Shown here one piece after another: positions 1-9,319 of a stretch of DNA of 64,000 nucleotides (position 1 is its first letter; every line of letters begins with the position of its first letter). The DNA comes from Candidatus Magasanikbacteria bacterium CG11_big_fil_rev_8_21_14_0_20_39_34 (lineage in GTDB: Bacteria; Patescibacteriota; Patescibacteriia; Magasanikbacterales; UBA922). The position numbers and the translations under genes were made by a program. The notes under the pieces are model-generated. The model was not told where the DNA came from, ran no database searches, and saw only the letters and a program-made list of their open reading frames with translations. The stretch lies in contig PCWN01000007.1 of the NCBI GenBank assembly GCA_002787355.1, positions 315,552-379,551 on the forward strand. Direction: 5' to 3'.

Positions 1-24
1 TTTCGCACTTTCTTCCCTCTTTTC

Positions 25-936
25 ATGTTTCCAAAGCAGCCGCAAAATACCACAAAAACGCCCTTTTGTCAAGATGTGTACCTAATAAAAAATATGCAAA
101 ATGAAAATAATGTAAAGAAGTCAGAACACCCTTCCCTTTTGGCAAAAGAAATCATTCCTATTGCACAACAAGCGGGAGAAATTTTGAGACACTTTTTTAA
201 AAAAGATTTTTCTTTAGAATTAAAAAACAATGATACTTTTGATCCAGTTACTTCTGCAGACAAGCAATCCGACGCCTTGATGAGAAAGTTACTTCATGAA
301 AAATTTCCTGATGATCTGATTCTGTCTGAAGAAAATGAAAATATTCCCACAGACTACACCAAACGAATCTGGATGGTAGATCCCCTGGACGGCACAAAGG
401 ATTTTATAAAAGGAAAAGATGGATTTGCCATCCATATTGGTCTTTTTTCCAATAATGAAATTCTTTTTGGGCTTGTCTATGCACCAATACAAAATAAGCT
501 TTTTTGGGCAGAAAAAGGAAAAGGCGCTTATATGCAACAAGAAGATGACTTCCAAAAAATACAGGTAAGTCCTATAACTTCCCTCTTGGAATCAAGAGTA
601 ATTACCAGAAGTCCGGGATCAGATGCAAGAGCGCTTGACGAAGTGGTTTTACAACTTAAATGTCGTGAGTATATTCATGATAGTGCTCTCAAAGTACCTA
701 AAATTGCCTGTGGTCAAGCAGAAGCACACATCAACACAAACTTTCGTGCAAGCAAGTGGGACACTTTGGCACCACAAATTATTCTTGAAGAGGCAGGAGG
801 AATAATGACCGACCTCGATGGCAATCTACTTGACTATACTCAAAAGGAACTTCGCTGGGAACGTTCCTATATTGCTACAAGCAATAAAGAAATACATAAT
901 GAAGTTTTACAAGCAATAAAAAAACACCTTCCTTAG
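25..936 (+). CDS. Inositol monophosphatase / 3'(2'),5'-bisphosphate nucleotidase family (CysQ/SuhB-like)
   Basis: IMPase signature WMVDPLDGTKDF and the C-terminal WDTLAPQIILEEAGG motif. An alternative in-frame start lies at 94 (MQNENN). Confidence 0.75.
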   Translation: MFPKQPQNTTKTPFCQDVYLIKNMQNENNVKKSEHPSLLAKEIIPIAQQAGEILRHFFKKDFSLELKNNDTFDPVTSADKQSDALMRKLLHEKFPDDLILSEENENIPTDYTKRIWMVDPLDGTKDFIKGKDGFAIHIGLFSNNEILFGLVYAPIQNKLFWAEKGKGAYMQQEDDFQKIQVSPITSLLESRVITRSPGSDARALDEVVLQLKCREYIHDSALKVPKIACGQAEAHINTNFRASKWDTLAPQIILEEAGGIMTDLDGNLLDYTQKELRWERSYIATSNKEIHNEVLQAIKKHLP

Positions 937-1478
937 GTGTGTTGTTTGGTCGCCCATGTTTGGTGGGTATACAATGGGAAAAGCACAGGCGACGCCTGGG
1001 TAATAGAGGTGAGTTAGACCAACAGAGCCCAGTCTACTACTGCAAAGAGCTGCCTTGGGTCAGAGCGATCCCCACACAAGGCAGAAAAGACTGGGAAGAG
1101 ATGTAGGAGGATACCTGGCCGATTGCGCAGGGCACCTTGGAAAAGTTGCTCCACGAGTGCAACCCGCAAGGCGGCGGCAGACCCTTCAGTGTCCAGCTCA
1201 CTCCCCAATGCGGCCCTTTGCAGCTCAACTTGAATTTGTGCGCGCCTTTGGGCGGTACACTCCAAGTCCCTTGCCTCTTGAAGGAGTCCCCAAATAGTCC
1301 GTTGCTGCACAACCACTCCTTACCGGAAGTCCAGATCTCACTGGTTCTATATTCTACACGAAAGCCCCTCTATTGAAAAGCCCCCTTGTTTACAAAGTTT
1401 TTATTAAAAACTATAATGAAATAATAACAATTTTTTTACGCATAAAATAACTTCATAATTTAACTACTCCAAAATATC

Positions 1479-2270
1479 ATGTCAGAACAGCCTTTCTTTC
1501 AAGGAGAACAGCTTCTACAGGAAATGAATAAAACCCCCGGTGAGTGGAAGGTTTTTCTTAACCCCATTGCAGACGGACAAGAAACAAAAACAAGAGTTTA
1601 TATTACACACAAAACCCCAATTGCAGGAGGTGAGAATGAAAGTCGTGGAGCGTATGGCATTGTCTATTCAGTTGATGTTCAACTCGAAGGAAGTGAAAAA
1701 ACGTATCCTTTTGCACTTAAAGAATTTCATGATTACAAAAAAGATGAAACAAAAAATGCACTTGAAAACCATAGACGTGCTAAACATGCTGGTCTAAAAG
1801 TTTGGAATACCTATAGAATAAGTGAGGATGGAAGCAGCATACTCATGTCTACCGGAGATGTAAAAGGTTGGGAAATATTAGGTCAAAAAACAATACTTTC
1901 CAAAGAAAAACGTGAAACAACTCTCCCATTTGAAAATTTTCAAAACTTTCTTTCTGAATACTACTCCCAGGCGCAAAAAGCTGCAGAACATAATATTGCA
2001 ATTGCAGGTGACGTCCCTTTTTTAAAAATACGAGAACATGAACTGGACTTTGTATTAGGAGATATGGATTTACTGGAACCATCTTCACAGACAAACCAAC
2101 TTACAATCCAAAGACAGAATGTTCAGAACCTGCACTCAACACTGGTATATTTTCTTGAAAAGAATTTTGGAGAACAAGCCCAAATATATATTGACCAGTC
2201 CGAACAATATATCTCTCAAACTTTTTCTGGCCAAACCGTAAAAAAATATGGGGGCGAAGTTGAAAAATAA
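1479..2270 (+). CDS. Hypothetical protein, possibly an atypical kinase-like fold
   Basis: 263-aa ORF with AT-rich codon usage like its neighbours. It has a weak glycine-loop-like GAYGIVYSV followed by FALKEF (VAIK-like). There is no strong family signature. Confidence 0.35.
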   Translation: MSEQPFFQGEQLLQEMNKTPGEWKVFLNPIADGQETKTRVYITHKTPIAGGENESRGAYGIVYSVDVQLEGSEKTYPFALKEFHDYKKDETKNALENHRRAKHAGLKVWNTYRISEDGSSILMSTGDVKGWEILGQKTILSKEKRETTLPFENFQNFLSEYYSQAQKAAEHNIAIAGDVPFLKIREHELDFVLGDMDLLEPSSQTNQLTIQRQNVQNLHSTLVYFLEKNFGEQAQIYIDQSEQYISQTFSGQTVKKYGGEVEK

Positions 2271-2289
2271 TGTATAACATCACATCCTT

Positions 2290-2706
2290 ATGAACATGCA
2301 GGTCTCCCCTATTACGCAAGAAGACAAAAATTTTATTGAAGTTGGAATGGAAATGGCAAATGAGATTGTATATCATTACATACCAAGTTGGAGCGGCGGT
2401 GAAATAACGCACTTGCTTCTCGATCAGGTTTTTGCAGCATGGCTCAAAGAACAGACAGCCTATGAACCAAATATGATTGTCAATTCTCTGGGCATAGCAC
2501 TTGGTGAATACATGGTTGCTCAGCTTGGTATGAACTGGGTCATCGTGAACGACCAGTATGGCACTGCTATGGCTGTACGACATGAAAATCCTGAATGGAC
2601 AACTTTTCCTTTTGATGCTATACAAAAACGTATACAATCAAAGGAAGTTCCTTTTTTTGCTTTCCTTTTTGGGGATGCAGAAAAATGTATTCACAATAAT
2701 AACTAA
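2290..2706 (+). CDS. Hypothetical protein
   Basis: 138-aa ORF packed tightly against the next gene. No recognisable motif. Confidence 0.4.
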   Translation: MNMQVSPITQEDKNFIEVGMEMANEIVYHYIPSWSGGEITHLLLDQVFAAWLKEQTAYEPNMIVNSLGIALGEYMVAQLGMNWVIVNDQYGTAMAVRHENPEWTTFPFDAIQKRIQSKEVPFFAFLFGDAEKCIHNNN

Positions 2707-2710
2707 CCTT

Positions 2711-3166
2711 ATGAATGATCTCTTCGTTTTTTTAGAATCACAAAAACTGATCACACTCTCACCAAAAAGTAGTGAACCTTGGATTGCAAACGCATTTTAT
2801 GGAGTTACTCCGGATTGTACATTCTATTTTGTCTCCAGTACAGAAACAAAACACAGCCAACAAATCCTTCAAGATGGTACTGTTGCATTTAACATAGCCT
2901 GGTATAATCCAAACAACCATACCGACCGAAAAGCAGTACAAGGTGTTGGAACCTGTATGATAGCAAGCACACAAGAAGAAATTGAACTTGGGGTATCACT
3001 CCATAACTCACGTTTTCCAGAATTTGCAAAACGCATTACAAAGGAATGGATAGAAGATGACGCAAATTCCGGAAAAATATGGATTCTTAAACCAAGTTTC
3101 ATAAAATTTTGGAATGACGAGTTGTACAAGGATGATGAAAGTAAAGAATTTACCTTTGAAAAATAA
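2711..3166 (+). CDS. Pyridoxamine 5'-phosphate oxidase-like (FMN-binding split-barrel) protein
   Basis: About 150 aa of general PNPOx-like character. The start at 2711 was chosen because it abuts the upstream stop; the ORF track extends it to 2558. A terminator follows. Confidence 0.4.
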   Translation: MNDLFVFLESQKLITLSPKSSEPWIANAFYGVTPDCTFYFVSSTETKHSQQILQDGTVAFNIAWYNPNNHTDRKAVQGVGTCMIASTQEEIELGVSLHNSRFPEFAKRITKEWIEDDANSGKIWILKPSFIKFWNDELYKDDESKEFTFEK

Positions 3167-3192
3167 AATGCCTTTCTCAGGCATTTTTTATT
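3166..3192 (+). terminator. Rho-independent terminator (atgcc-N8-ggcat + T6)
   Basis: A GC stem with a TTTTTT run lies directly after the stop at 3166. It forms the left edge of the GC-rich islet. Confidence 0.6.
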
Positions 3193-3257
3193 GATGTGAT
3201 TTTCCCTCCGTGAACGCGGTCGGGTAGACATGCACGGAGGATGGGGGGGTGAGTGGT

Positions 3258-3503
3258 TTACACGGTGGTGCGAGTGCGTACTTCCTCGCGGATGCGGATC
3301 ACCTCCGTGATGAACGCATCCACCTGCGCCGGCGTCATCTCATGAAGGGTTTCCCAGAAGCGTACGATCACACCAATCTGGTTGTCGGTCCAGTTGGTGT
3401 TCATCTCGCAGGTTTTGAGGACCACACCATCCGGACCAATCAGCCGCACCTGGAATGCGACCGGTTGGTGGATGAAGTAGGTTACCCCCAGCTTCTCATC
3501 CAT
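3258..3503 (-). CDS. Hypothetical 81-aa protein encoded inside a GC-rich islet
   Basis: It is the only clean ORF in the roughly 62% GC segment 3190-3565. Its codon usage differs from the host's. No family was recognised. Confidence 0.3.
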   Translation of the reverse strand: MDEKLGVTYFIHQPVAFQVRLIGPDGVVLKTCEMNTNWTDNQIGVIVRFWETLHEMTPAQVDAFITEVIRIREEVRTRTTV

Positions 3504-3570
3504 TATCGTTCTCCCGAGGCTAGACTTTCACTAGCCTATCACGCGGTATTTTATATTGTCAAATAAAAAA

Positions 3571-3598
3571 GGTGCTTATAAGTTTACTTATAAGCACC
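3571..3598. terminator. Perfect 13-bp palindromic hairpin flanked by A and T tracts (bidirectional terminator-like)
   Basis: ggtgcttataagt-tt-acttataagcacc, preceded by aaataaaaaa and followed by ttt. It forms the right edge of the GC-rich islet. Confidence 0.55.
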
Positions 3599-3709
3599 TT
3601 TCAAAAATTTTATTTTTTGTCAATCTTTCTTTCCTCTTCCCTTGAGTATATAGAGATAGGGTGTTACAATACAGATAGGTCCTGGTACCCTTTCTTTTGT
3701 GTGAGCATT

Positions 3710-4669
3710 ATGAACAAAATTGTAGAATCCTGCTCCTATGTAGCAGAACACTCTTCCTTTATACAGATAGACTTACAAAAAATTGATGCGTTTTGTGATT
3801 CCTTTGCCCAAATACCGGCAAAACACTGGATTGATGCATCACCTATTGATCTAAAAGCCCTTTCCCCAAGGAACTGTGTTCATTTCCTTTTGGTTTTTAA
3901 CTCCATAAGTTTTTCCTACTGGGGTAATCCAAAATGGAAAATTGATTATCAAGGAAATGAGGTAGATGGTGCCTTTGGGATGCTTTCTGCTCTCAAAAAA
4001 GCCCATGAGAATGGGTTCCCTATTTTGGATCCTCATTATCTTGCTCAAATCTCAGAAAAAGACTTTGAAAAAATTTTGGAAGGAAATGTAGATATCCCCC
4101 TCTTTGAAGAAAGAAGACAAATCCTTCATGAAATTGGAAAAACATTAATTGAAAAATTTGATGGGAACTTTTTCAATGTACTTTCACAGGCAAATCAGAA
4201 TGCCCTTGAACTTCTTGATCTTATTGTAAAGAATTTTCCATCTTTTCATGACTCTTCAGAATACAAAGGAAAAACCATTTATTTTTATAAAAGAGCACAA
4301 CTTCTCGTGGCAGACATTTTTCAAGCCCTCCAAAATGAAGAACCTGGTAAACTTAAAAATATTTCTGAACTTACCGCCTGTGCAGATTATAAACTTCCCA
4401 TGGTATTACGAAGACTTGGTATCTTTTCCTACGAAAAAACACTTGCAGAAAAAATTGATAAAAAAATTGAGCTACAAAAAGATAGTGAAGAAGAAGTAGA
4501 AATTCGTGCCAATACTATATATGCAGTTGAAAAGATAAAAGAAAAGCTTCAAGAAAAAATACCTGGAAAATATTTATCTCTTCTTATCAATGATCATCTC
4601 TGGCTTTTGGGTCAAGAAAAGCACAAAGATGATAAACCCTATCATCTCACCCGGACAACTGCGTACTAA
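3710..4669 (+). CDS. Queuosine salvage family protein (DUF2419 / Qng1-like)
   Basis: Family-typical segments FYKRAQLLVADIF and HENGFPILDPHYLAQISEKDFEKIL. The start is moved to the ATG at 3710 because the region upstream of it is the hairpin/islet. Confidence 0.55.
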   Translation: MNKIVESCSYVAEHSSFIQIDLQKIDAFCDSFAQIPAKHWIDASPIDLKALSPRNCVHFLLVFNSISFSYWGNPKWKIDYQGNEVDGAFGMLSALKKAHENGFPILDPHYLAQISEKDFEKILEGNVDIPLFEERRQILHEIGKTLIEKFDGNFFNVLSQANQNALELLDLIVKNFPSFHDSSEYKGKTIYFYKRAQLLVADIFQALQNEEPGKLKNISELTACADYKLPMVLRRLGIFSYEKTLAEKIDKKIELQKDSEEEVEIRANTIYAVEKIKEKLQEKIPGKYLSLLINDHLWLLGQEKHKDDKPYHLTRTTAY

Positions 4670-4680
4670 AGGTCTCCTTT

Positions 4681-6066
4681 ATGAATCACGGAAAATCCAT
4701 ACAATTAAAACGAAATTCCAAAAAATTATTTTTCCTGATTCATGGATACACCGGAAGTCCAACAGATTTCAATGAACTTCCTGATTACCTCTCCACACAC
4801 CATGATGCAGATATTGAAATTATGCTTTTGCACGGTCATGGGACTAGGATTGAAGACCTAGATGCTTTACGGTTTCAAAACTTTTTGGATCAGGTAGAAG
4901 GAGGGCTACAAAAAAAACTGCAAGAATACGATCAAATTATCCTTGGGGGTGTTTCTTTTGGAGCGCAACTCGCCCTTATACTTGCATCTCGATACCCAGT
5001 ACAAGGTGTGTTTCATGTCTGTATTCCCTATCAACTTCGGTTCCCCTTTAACCTTTCCTTGCTGAGTTTAGTTGGATATTTTAAAAAATATTGGCCAAAA
5101 TCTATACCAAAAGATGAGAAAAAGCTTCGAGAAAAGGCATTTCACTACAAAGCAATGCATATCAATGGACTCCGTATTGTTCATGAGGCAAACCAAGAAA
5201 TAGAAAAATCTCTTGAAAATATCCGTTGCCCCGTTATTACGGTCCACTCCAGTAATGATCCCCTAAGCGACTATAAGGCTATTCACTCTCTTGAAGATCG
5301 CCTTCGTGTTCCCTATCAAAAAGAAATTCTTCACGACAAAAACCATAATATCTTTTTCTCGGAAAGCCGTTTTGAAGTCTATAAAATTATTCTCAATTTT
5401 TTTCAAAAAAACATTCAGACAAGAGAAAAAGATACTGTAGCCGCGATTGTCCCCGCCTACAACGAAGCCAAGCGTATTTCTTCTGTACTTACGGCACTTT
5501 CACAAACAAAAATTCTTGATGAAATCATTGTGGTAGACGATGGATCACATGACAATACTGAAGAAGTAGTATCCCATTTTCCATCCGTAAAATTTTTGAA
5601 AAATCAAAAGAACATAGGAAAAGCAGAATCTCTTCAGAGAGGCGTCGACTCCACTCAAGCGAATGTTCTCTTTTTTTGTGATGCCGACCTTCAAAACATT
5701 ACTCCGGAAATTATTACAGAGATTATCTCTCCCGTTCTGACACATGCATATGATATGTTTATAGGAATCCGAGACAATATTATGCAAAAAAGTGTTCCTC
5801 TTTTTGCAATAAATTCTGGCGAACGAGCACTTAGGCGTGAACTTTGGGAAAAACTTCCAAAATCTTTCAAACACCGGTACCGCATAGAAGCCGGCCTTAA
5901 CTTCATAGCAAAACATAAGGGAAAGGGATTTGGATATAAAAAATTTCCCTACTACCAAACGCTCAAAGAAAAAAAATATGGCTTTTTTAAGGGAACTATG
6001 TTACGATGGTGGATGAATTTTGACGTTGCTACTGCATATTTTTTGGCCCTACTTTTTAAAAAATAG
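4681..6066 (+). CDS. Fusion protein: N-terminal alpha/beta-hydrolase (esterase, GxSxG) + C-terminal family-2 glycosyltransferase (DPM/DPG-synthase-like)
   Basis: N-terminal HGYTGSP and GGVSFGAQLAL (a GxSxG nucleophile elbow). From about aa 250 the GT2 signatures IVPAYNEAKRI and VVDDGSHDNTEEV appear. It is a single uninterrupted 461-aa frame. Confidence 0.65.
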   Translation: MNHGKSIQLKRNSKKLFFLIHGYTGSPTDFNELPDYLSTHHDADIEIMLLHGHGTRIEDLDALRFQNFLDQVEGGLQKKLQEYDQIILGGVSFGAQLALILASRYPVQGVFHVCIPYQLRFPFNLSLLSLVGYFKKYWPKSIPKDEKKLREKAFHYKAMHINGLRIVHEANQEIEKSLENIRCPVITVHSSNDPLSDYKAIHSLEDRLRVPYQKEILHDKNHNIFFSESRFEVYKIILNFFQKNIQTREKDTVAAIVPAYNEAKRISSVLTALSQTKILDEIIVVDDGSHDNTEEVVSHFPSVKFLKNQKNIGKAESLQRGVDSTQANVLFFCDADLQNITPEIITEIISPVLTHAYDMFIGIRDNIMQKSVPLFAINSGERALRRELWEKLPKSFKHRYRIEAGLNFIAKHKGKGFGYKKFPYYQTLKEKKYGFFKGTMLRWWMNFDVATAYFLALLFKK

Positions 6067-6084
6067 TAGCAAGTCTTTTTTATT

Positions 6085-6702
6085 ATGAATTACTTTAACC
6101 ATATTTTGGCTCTTATCCAAAGTTTTTCAATTTTTGGGTATCTTATCATTTTTTTTCTTGCCTTCTTTGAATCATTTGCTTTCATAGGACTCATCATCCC
6201 CGGAAGTGTTGCGGTGATTGTAGGAGGTTTTTTGGTTGCTCAAGGAACACTTGACATTGGAGACCTTTTTTTCTTTGCCACTGCTGGAGCCATTTTGGGC
6301 GATAGTTTTAGTTTTTATATGGGAAAAAAGGGGCTTATTACTTTCAAGGAAGAAAATAAAATATTCAAACCAAGCCTCCTATATAAAGGAGAATTTTTTT
6401 TTAAGAAATATGGTGATAAAAGTGTCTTCATTGGTCGGTTTATTGGTTGGGTCCGCCCCATAGTTCCCTTTATTGCTGGTGTTTTTAATTTGGATAGAAA
6501 AACTTTCCTCCTATGGAATATTTTAAGTGGAATTTTTTGGTCTGCATCTCATATTGCCCTTGGATATTTCTTTGGTCAAGCGTTTCAAACACTTTTCAAG
6601 TGGTCATCACGAATTGGCATCTATACAGGAATTATTGTCGTTGTTTTTTTTCTTCTGTATCTTTTTAAGCTTTTTGTTGTAAAAAAAAGAAAACTTATCT
6701 AA
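6085..6702 (+). CDS. DedA/SNARE-associated family membrane protein
   Basis: Multi-TM protein with DedA-like segments IIPGSVAVIVGGFLVAQG and GRFIGWVRPIVPFIAGV. Confidence 0.65.
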   Translation: MNYFNHILALIQSFSIFGYLIIFFLAFFESFAFIGLIIPGSVAVIVGGFLVAQGTLDIGDLFFFATAGAILGDSFSFYMGKKGLITFKEENKIFKPSLLYKGEFFFKKYGDKSVFIGRFIGWVRPIVPFIAGVFNLDRKTFLLWNILSGIFWSASHIALGYFFGQAFQTLFKWSSRIGIYTGIIVVVFFLLYLFKLFVVKKRKLI

Positions 6703-6971
6703 CAAAATATGAAAAAAACTTGGTTTGAAAAAAGTGGCTGGATATACCCTCCTATATCTTTTGAAGGTACGCTCATGTTTTCTCTCTGTATTCTTTTTTG
6801 CTTTCATATCTTTTTCTTTTTTGACCAAAAGTCTCAGTCTATTTCAGATACACTTTATGCAGTGTTCCCCTACGTTCCCTCAATATTTCTTTTCTATACA
6901 TGGATAACATCAGAAAAAGAAAAAAAATAACCTTACTTATTTATTCATTTTTATTTATTTAAAAATATAAT

Positions 6972-7334
6972 ATGGAACTATATTTGCAACCATTTAAAAA
7001 ATATGCCGTTTTTGAAGGACGTGCCAGTCGAGCCGAATACTGGGGCTTTATATTGATAATTTTTATTCTTGCCATAATTATTTTACTGCCAATTTCCCTT
7101 ATGACCGGGGCAGCATATGAAACGGTTGTGAATATCTTTGCAGTATTTCTTTTTCTTCCTTCTCTTGCAGTAACCGTACGAAGACTTCACGATATCAACA
7201 AGAGTGGCTGGTATGTTCTTTTAAACCTTATCCCTTTTATTGGAGGTCTTATTTTGTTTATCTTTGCAGTAAAATCTGGGGATCAAGGTGATAATAAGTA
7301 TGGCCCCTCACCAAAACAAATGACATCAACCTAA
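6972..7334 (+). CDS. DUF805 (YhaH-like) inner-membrane protein
   Basis: A GRASRAEYWGF opening and the RRLHDINKSGW motif are characteristic of DUF805. It has three TM segments. Confidence 0.7.
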   Translation: MELYLQPFKKYAVFEGRASRAEYWGFILIIFILAIIILLPISLMTGAAYETVVNIFAVFLFLPSLAVTVRRLHDINKSGWYVLLNLIPFIGGLILFIFAVKSGDQGDNKYGPSPKQMTST

Positions 7335-7349
7335 AAAACACAACCTTAA

Positions 7350-7371
7350 CCGCCCTAACGGGCGGTTTTTT
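7350..7371 (+). terminator. Rho-independent terminator (ccgccc-taac-gggcgg + T6)
   Basis: A GC hairpin plus a T-run lies immediately after the DUF805 stop. Confidence 0.7.
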
Positions 7372-7594
7372 ATTTGCAAGAAAATCCTTTATGGAATTCA
7401 AAGCAAAAATATGTTACGATAGACAAAAATGTATTTTTTATACGCATATTTTATATTGCAACAGAAACATGAAAAATACTCTTTTTATTGAAAAACTCAA
7501 ATGTAAAGACATCATTTTTTTATTTGGTATTAGTTTTCTTTTTTACGATTTTCTTCTCAAAGGCTTAGGAGTTGCAATCCCCGTATAAAAATAT

Positions 7595-8515
7595 ATGAAA
7601 TCAAAAAATATCATTGAAATTACGGATTTCACACAAAAGGAGCTCTCTCATCTTCTCCAACGTACTCTCTATTTTAAGAAACACGAGAAAAAAATATTTT
7701 CCTTTCTCAAGAATAAACGCGTAGGTTTGCTCTTTGACTCTGCTTCTCTGAGAACAAAGCTTACTTTTGAAATTGCTACTCACAAACTTGGTGGGTTCCC
7801 CTACTTTGTCGATATAAATGCCATTACCCATGAAGACGGTATAGCCCGAGAAAGTTATGAAGATATTGTAGATACATTAGATAAATTTGTAGATGTATAT
7901 GTTGTACGAGACTATTCCCAAAATATTCTTAATGTTCTCAAAAGAAAAACCTCCCCACCAATAATAAATGGCTTTTCGATCACCGGGCATCCCAGTCAAG
8001 CTCTTGCAGACCTATCAACTATACTCTACAAGAAAAAGACGCTTGAAACACTTCAAATATGTACTGTATGCCCTTCCAATGGAAGTGGTGTGATGGAATC
8101 TTTCATTTATGGAGTATTAATGCTTGGTGGAAATATTACCATGATAACTCCAACCGGAAAATTTTTGGGAAAAAATAAAAATTTTTTTGATGTCATTAAA
8201 AACCTTTCCGGACAATTGCACATAACAAATAAAGTTGACCCTACCATTTCCACTATGGATGTTCTCTATGTAGATGAATGGTGGTTTCATAGTCCAAAGT
8301 TCCTTCAAAAGAAACCACCCCAAAAATATAGAGTTGATTCAACGTTTTTAAAGAATGCAAAAGAAGACATTATGATCCTTCACTGCCTCCCCGCACATCA
8401 TGATCGTGAAATAAGTCATGAGGTTTTCAATTCTCCCAATTCCGCTGTTTTTGAAGAAGCGGAATTTCGGGTCTACTCCGCCATGGCACTCCTTGAATAC
8501 CTTTCTAAAGGATAA
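7595..8515 (+). CDS. Aspartate/ornithine carbamoyltransferase family protein (OTCase-like)
   Basis: A carbamoyl-phosphate-binding S-x-R-T motif (SASLRTKLTFE), the HPSQALADL (HPxQ) motif, and HCLPAHHDRE (HCLP). Confidence 0.75.
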   Translation: MKSKNIIEITDFTQKELSHLLQRTLYFKKHEKKIFSFLKNKRVGLLFDSASLRTKLTFEIATHKLGGFPYFVDINAITHEDGIARESYEDIVDTLDKFVDVYVVRDYSQNILNVLKRKTSPPIINGFSITGHPSQALADLSTILYKKKTLETLQICTVCPSNGSGVMESFIYGVLMLGGNITMITPTGKFLGKNKNFFDVIKNLSGQLHITNKVDPTISTMDVLYVDEWWFHSPKFLQKKPPQKYRVDSTFLKNAKEDIMILHCLPAHHDREISHEVFNSPNSAVFEEAEFRVYSAMALLEYLSKG

Positions 8516-8596
8516 ATTGGCAGTATTCCTCTTTTCTGGTATCATAAAAATACCTCTAGCATTAAAGGTACCTTATTCACTTCTTGATATTCCCAT

Positions 8597-9286
8597 ATGA
8601 AAAACATGATCCTTGTCGTGGTACTCATAATACTTGCCATAATTGCTGTGGCCATGGTCCTGCCCCGACAGAAGCAAAAAAAAAATAATCCCCCTTCTCA
8701 ACCTCATTCAAATGAAGAAACTCTTATGCTCGAACCTGTTCCCTCAACAACCCTCAAAGCGACCTTCTCTGGTGGCTGCTTCTGGTGCATGGAACCTGCC
8801 TTTGAAAAAATTGATGGTACGTATAATGTGTTATCTGGATATACTGGAGATAGTAAAGAAACAGCAGAATATTACAAAGTGGGAAGCGGAAAGACACAAC
8901 ATCGTGAATCTATAGAAATGGATTATGATCCTGCCAAAGTTACCTATGACCATCTGGTTGAAGTTTATTTTTGGCAAATTGATCCAACCGATGGCGATGG
9001 ACAGTTTGCAGACCGCGGATATCAGTATTCTCCTGCAATATACTATCATACTGAAGAACAAAGAAAGATTGCGGAAGACTATATTAGAATGCTTGAAGAT
9101 TCTCACAAATTTGATAAACCCATAGCCGTTGAAGTACTTCCAGCGATGCCATTTTACTCTGCAGAAATTTACCATCAGGATTTTTACAAAAAAAATCCAA
9201 CAGAATACAACCGATATAAGAAAGGTTCTGGAAGAGTTGACTATATTGAAAAAACTTGGCCAGAAGGACATCCAGACGGCATGTAA
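8597..9286 (+). CDS. msrA: Peptide methionine sulfoxide reductase MsrA, membrane-anchored
   Basis: An N-terminal TM helix followed by the MsrA active-site motif GGCFWCME and conserved YHQDFY. Confidence 0.85.
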   Translation: MKNMILVVVLIILAIIAVAMVLPRQKQKKNNPPSQPHSNEETLMLEPVPSTTLKATFSGGCFWCMEPAFEKIDGTYNVLSGYTGDSKETAEYYKVGSGKTQHRESIEMDYDPAKVTYDHLVEVYFWQIDPTDGDGQFADRGYQYSPAIYYHTEEQRKIAEDYIRMLEDSHKFDKPIAVEVLPAMPFYSAEIYHQDFYKKNPTEYNRYKKGSGRVDYIEKTWPEGHPDGM

Positions 9287-9319
9287 TTTCTCTTACTCCA
9301 TGCGTTTATCCACCAACAT

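Noticed and set aside
1014-1376. Four overlapping ORFs (1014..1316 -, 1037..1312 -, 1055..1297 +, 1137..1376 +) inside the first GC-rich islet
   Set aside because: They overlap each other on both strands. None has a recognisable domain. High GC inflates ORF length by chance. I treat them as noncoding.
940-1380. tmRNA or RNase P RNA in the GC-rich islet
   Set aside because: There is no T-arm GGTTCGA/CCA end and no tag-peptide ending. The only P4-like GGAAGTCC motif is at the wrong end. I cannot support an RNA gene call without a covariance search.
3572-3709. N-terminal 46-aa extension of the queuosine-salvage ORF
   Set aside because: The extension would be translated through the palindromic terminator hairpin and has low-complexity hydrophobic content. 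The internal ATG at 3710 is preceded by a promoter-like TACAAT.
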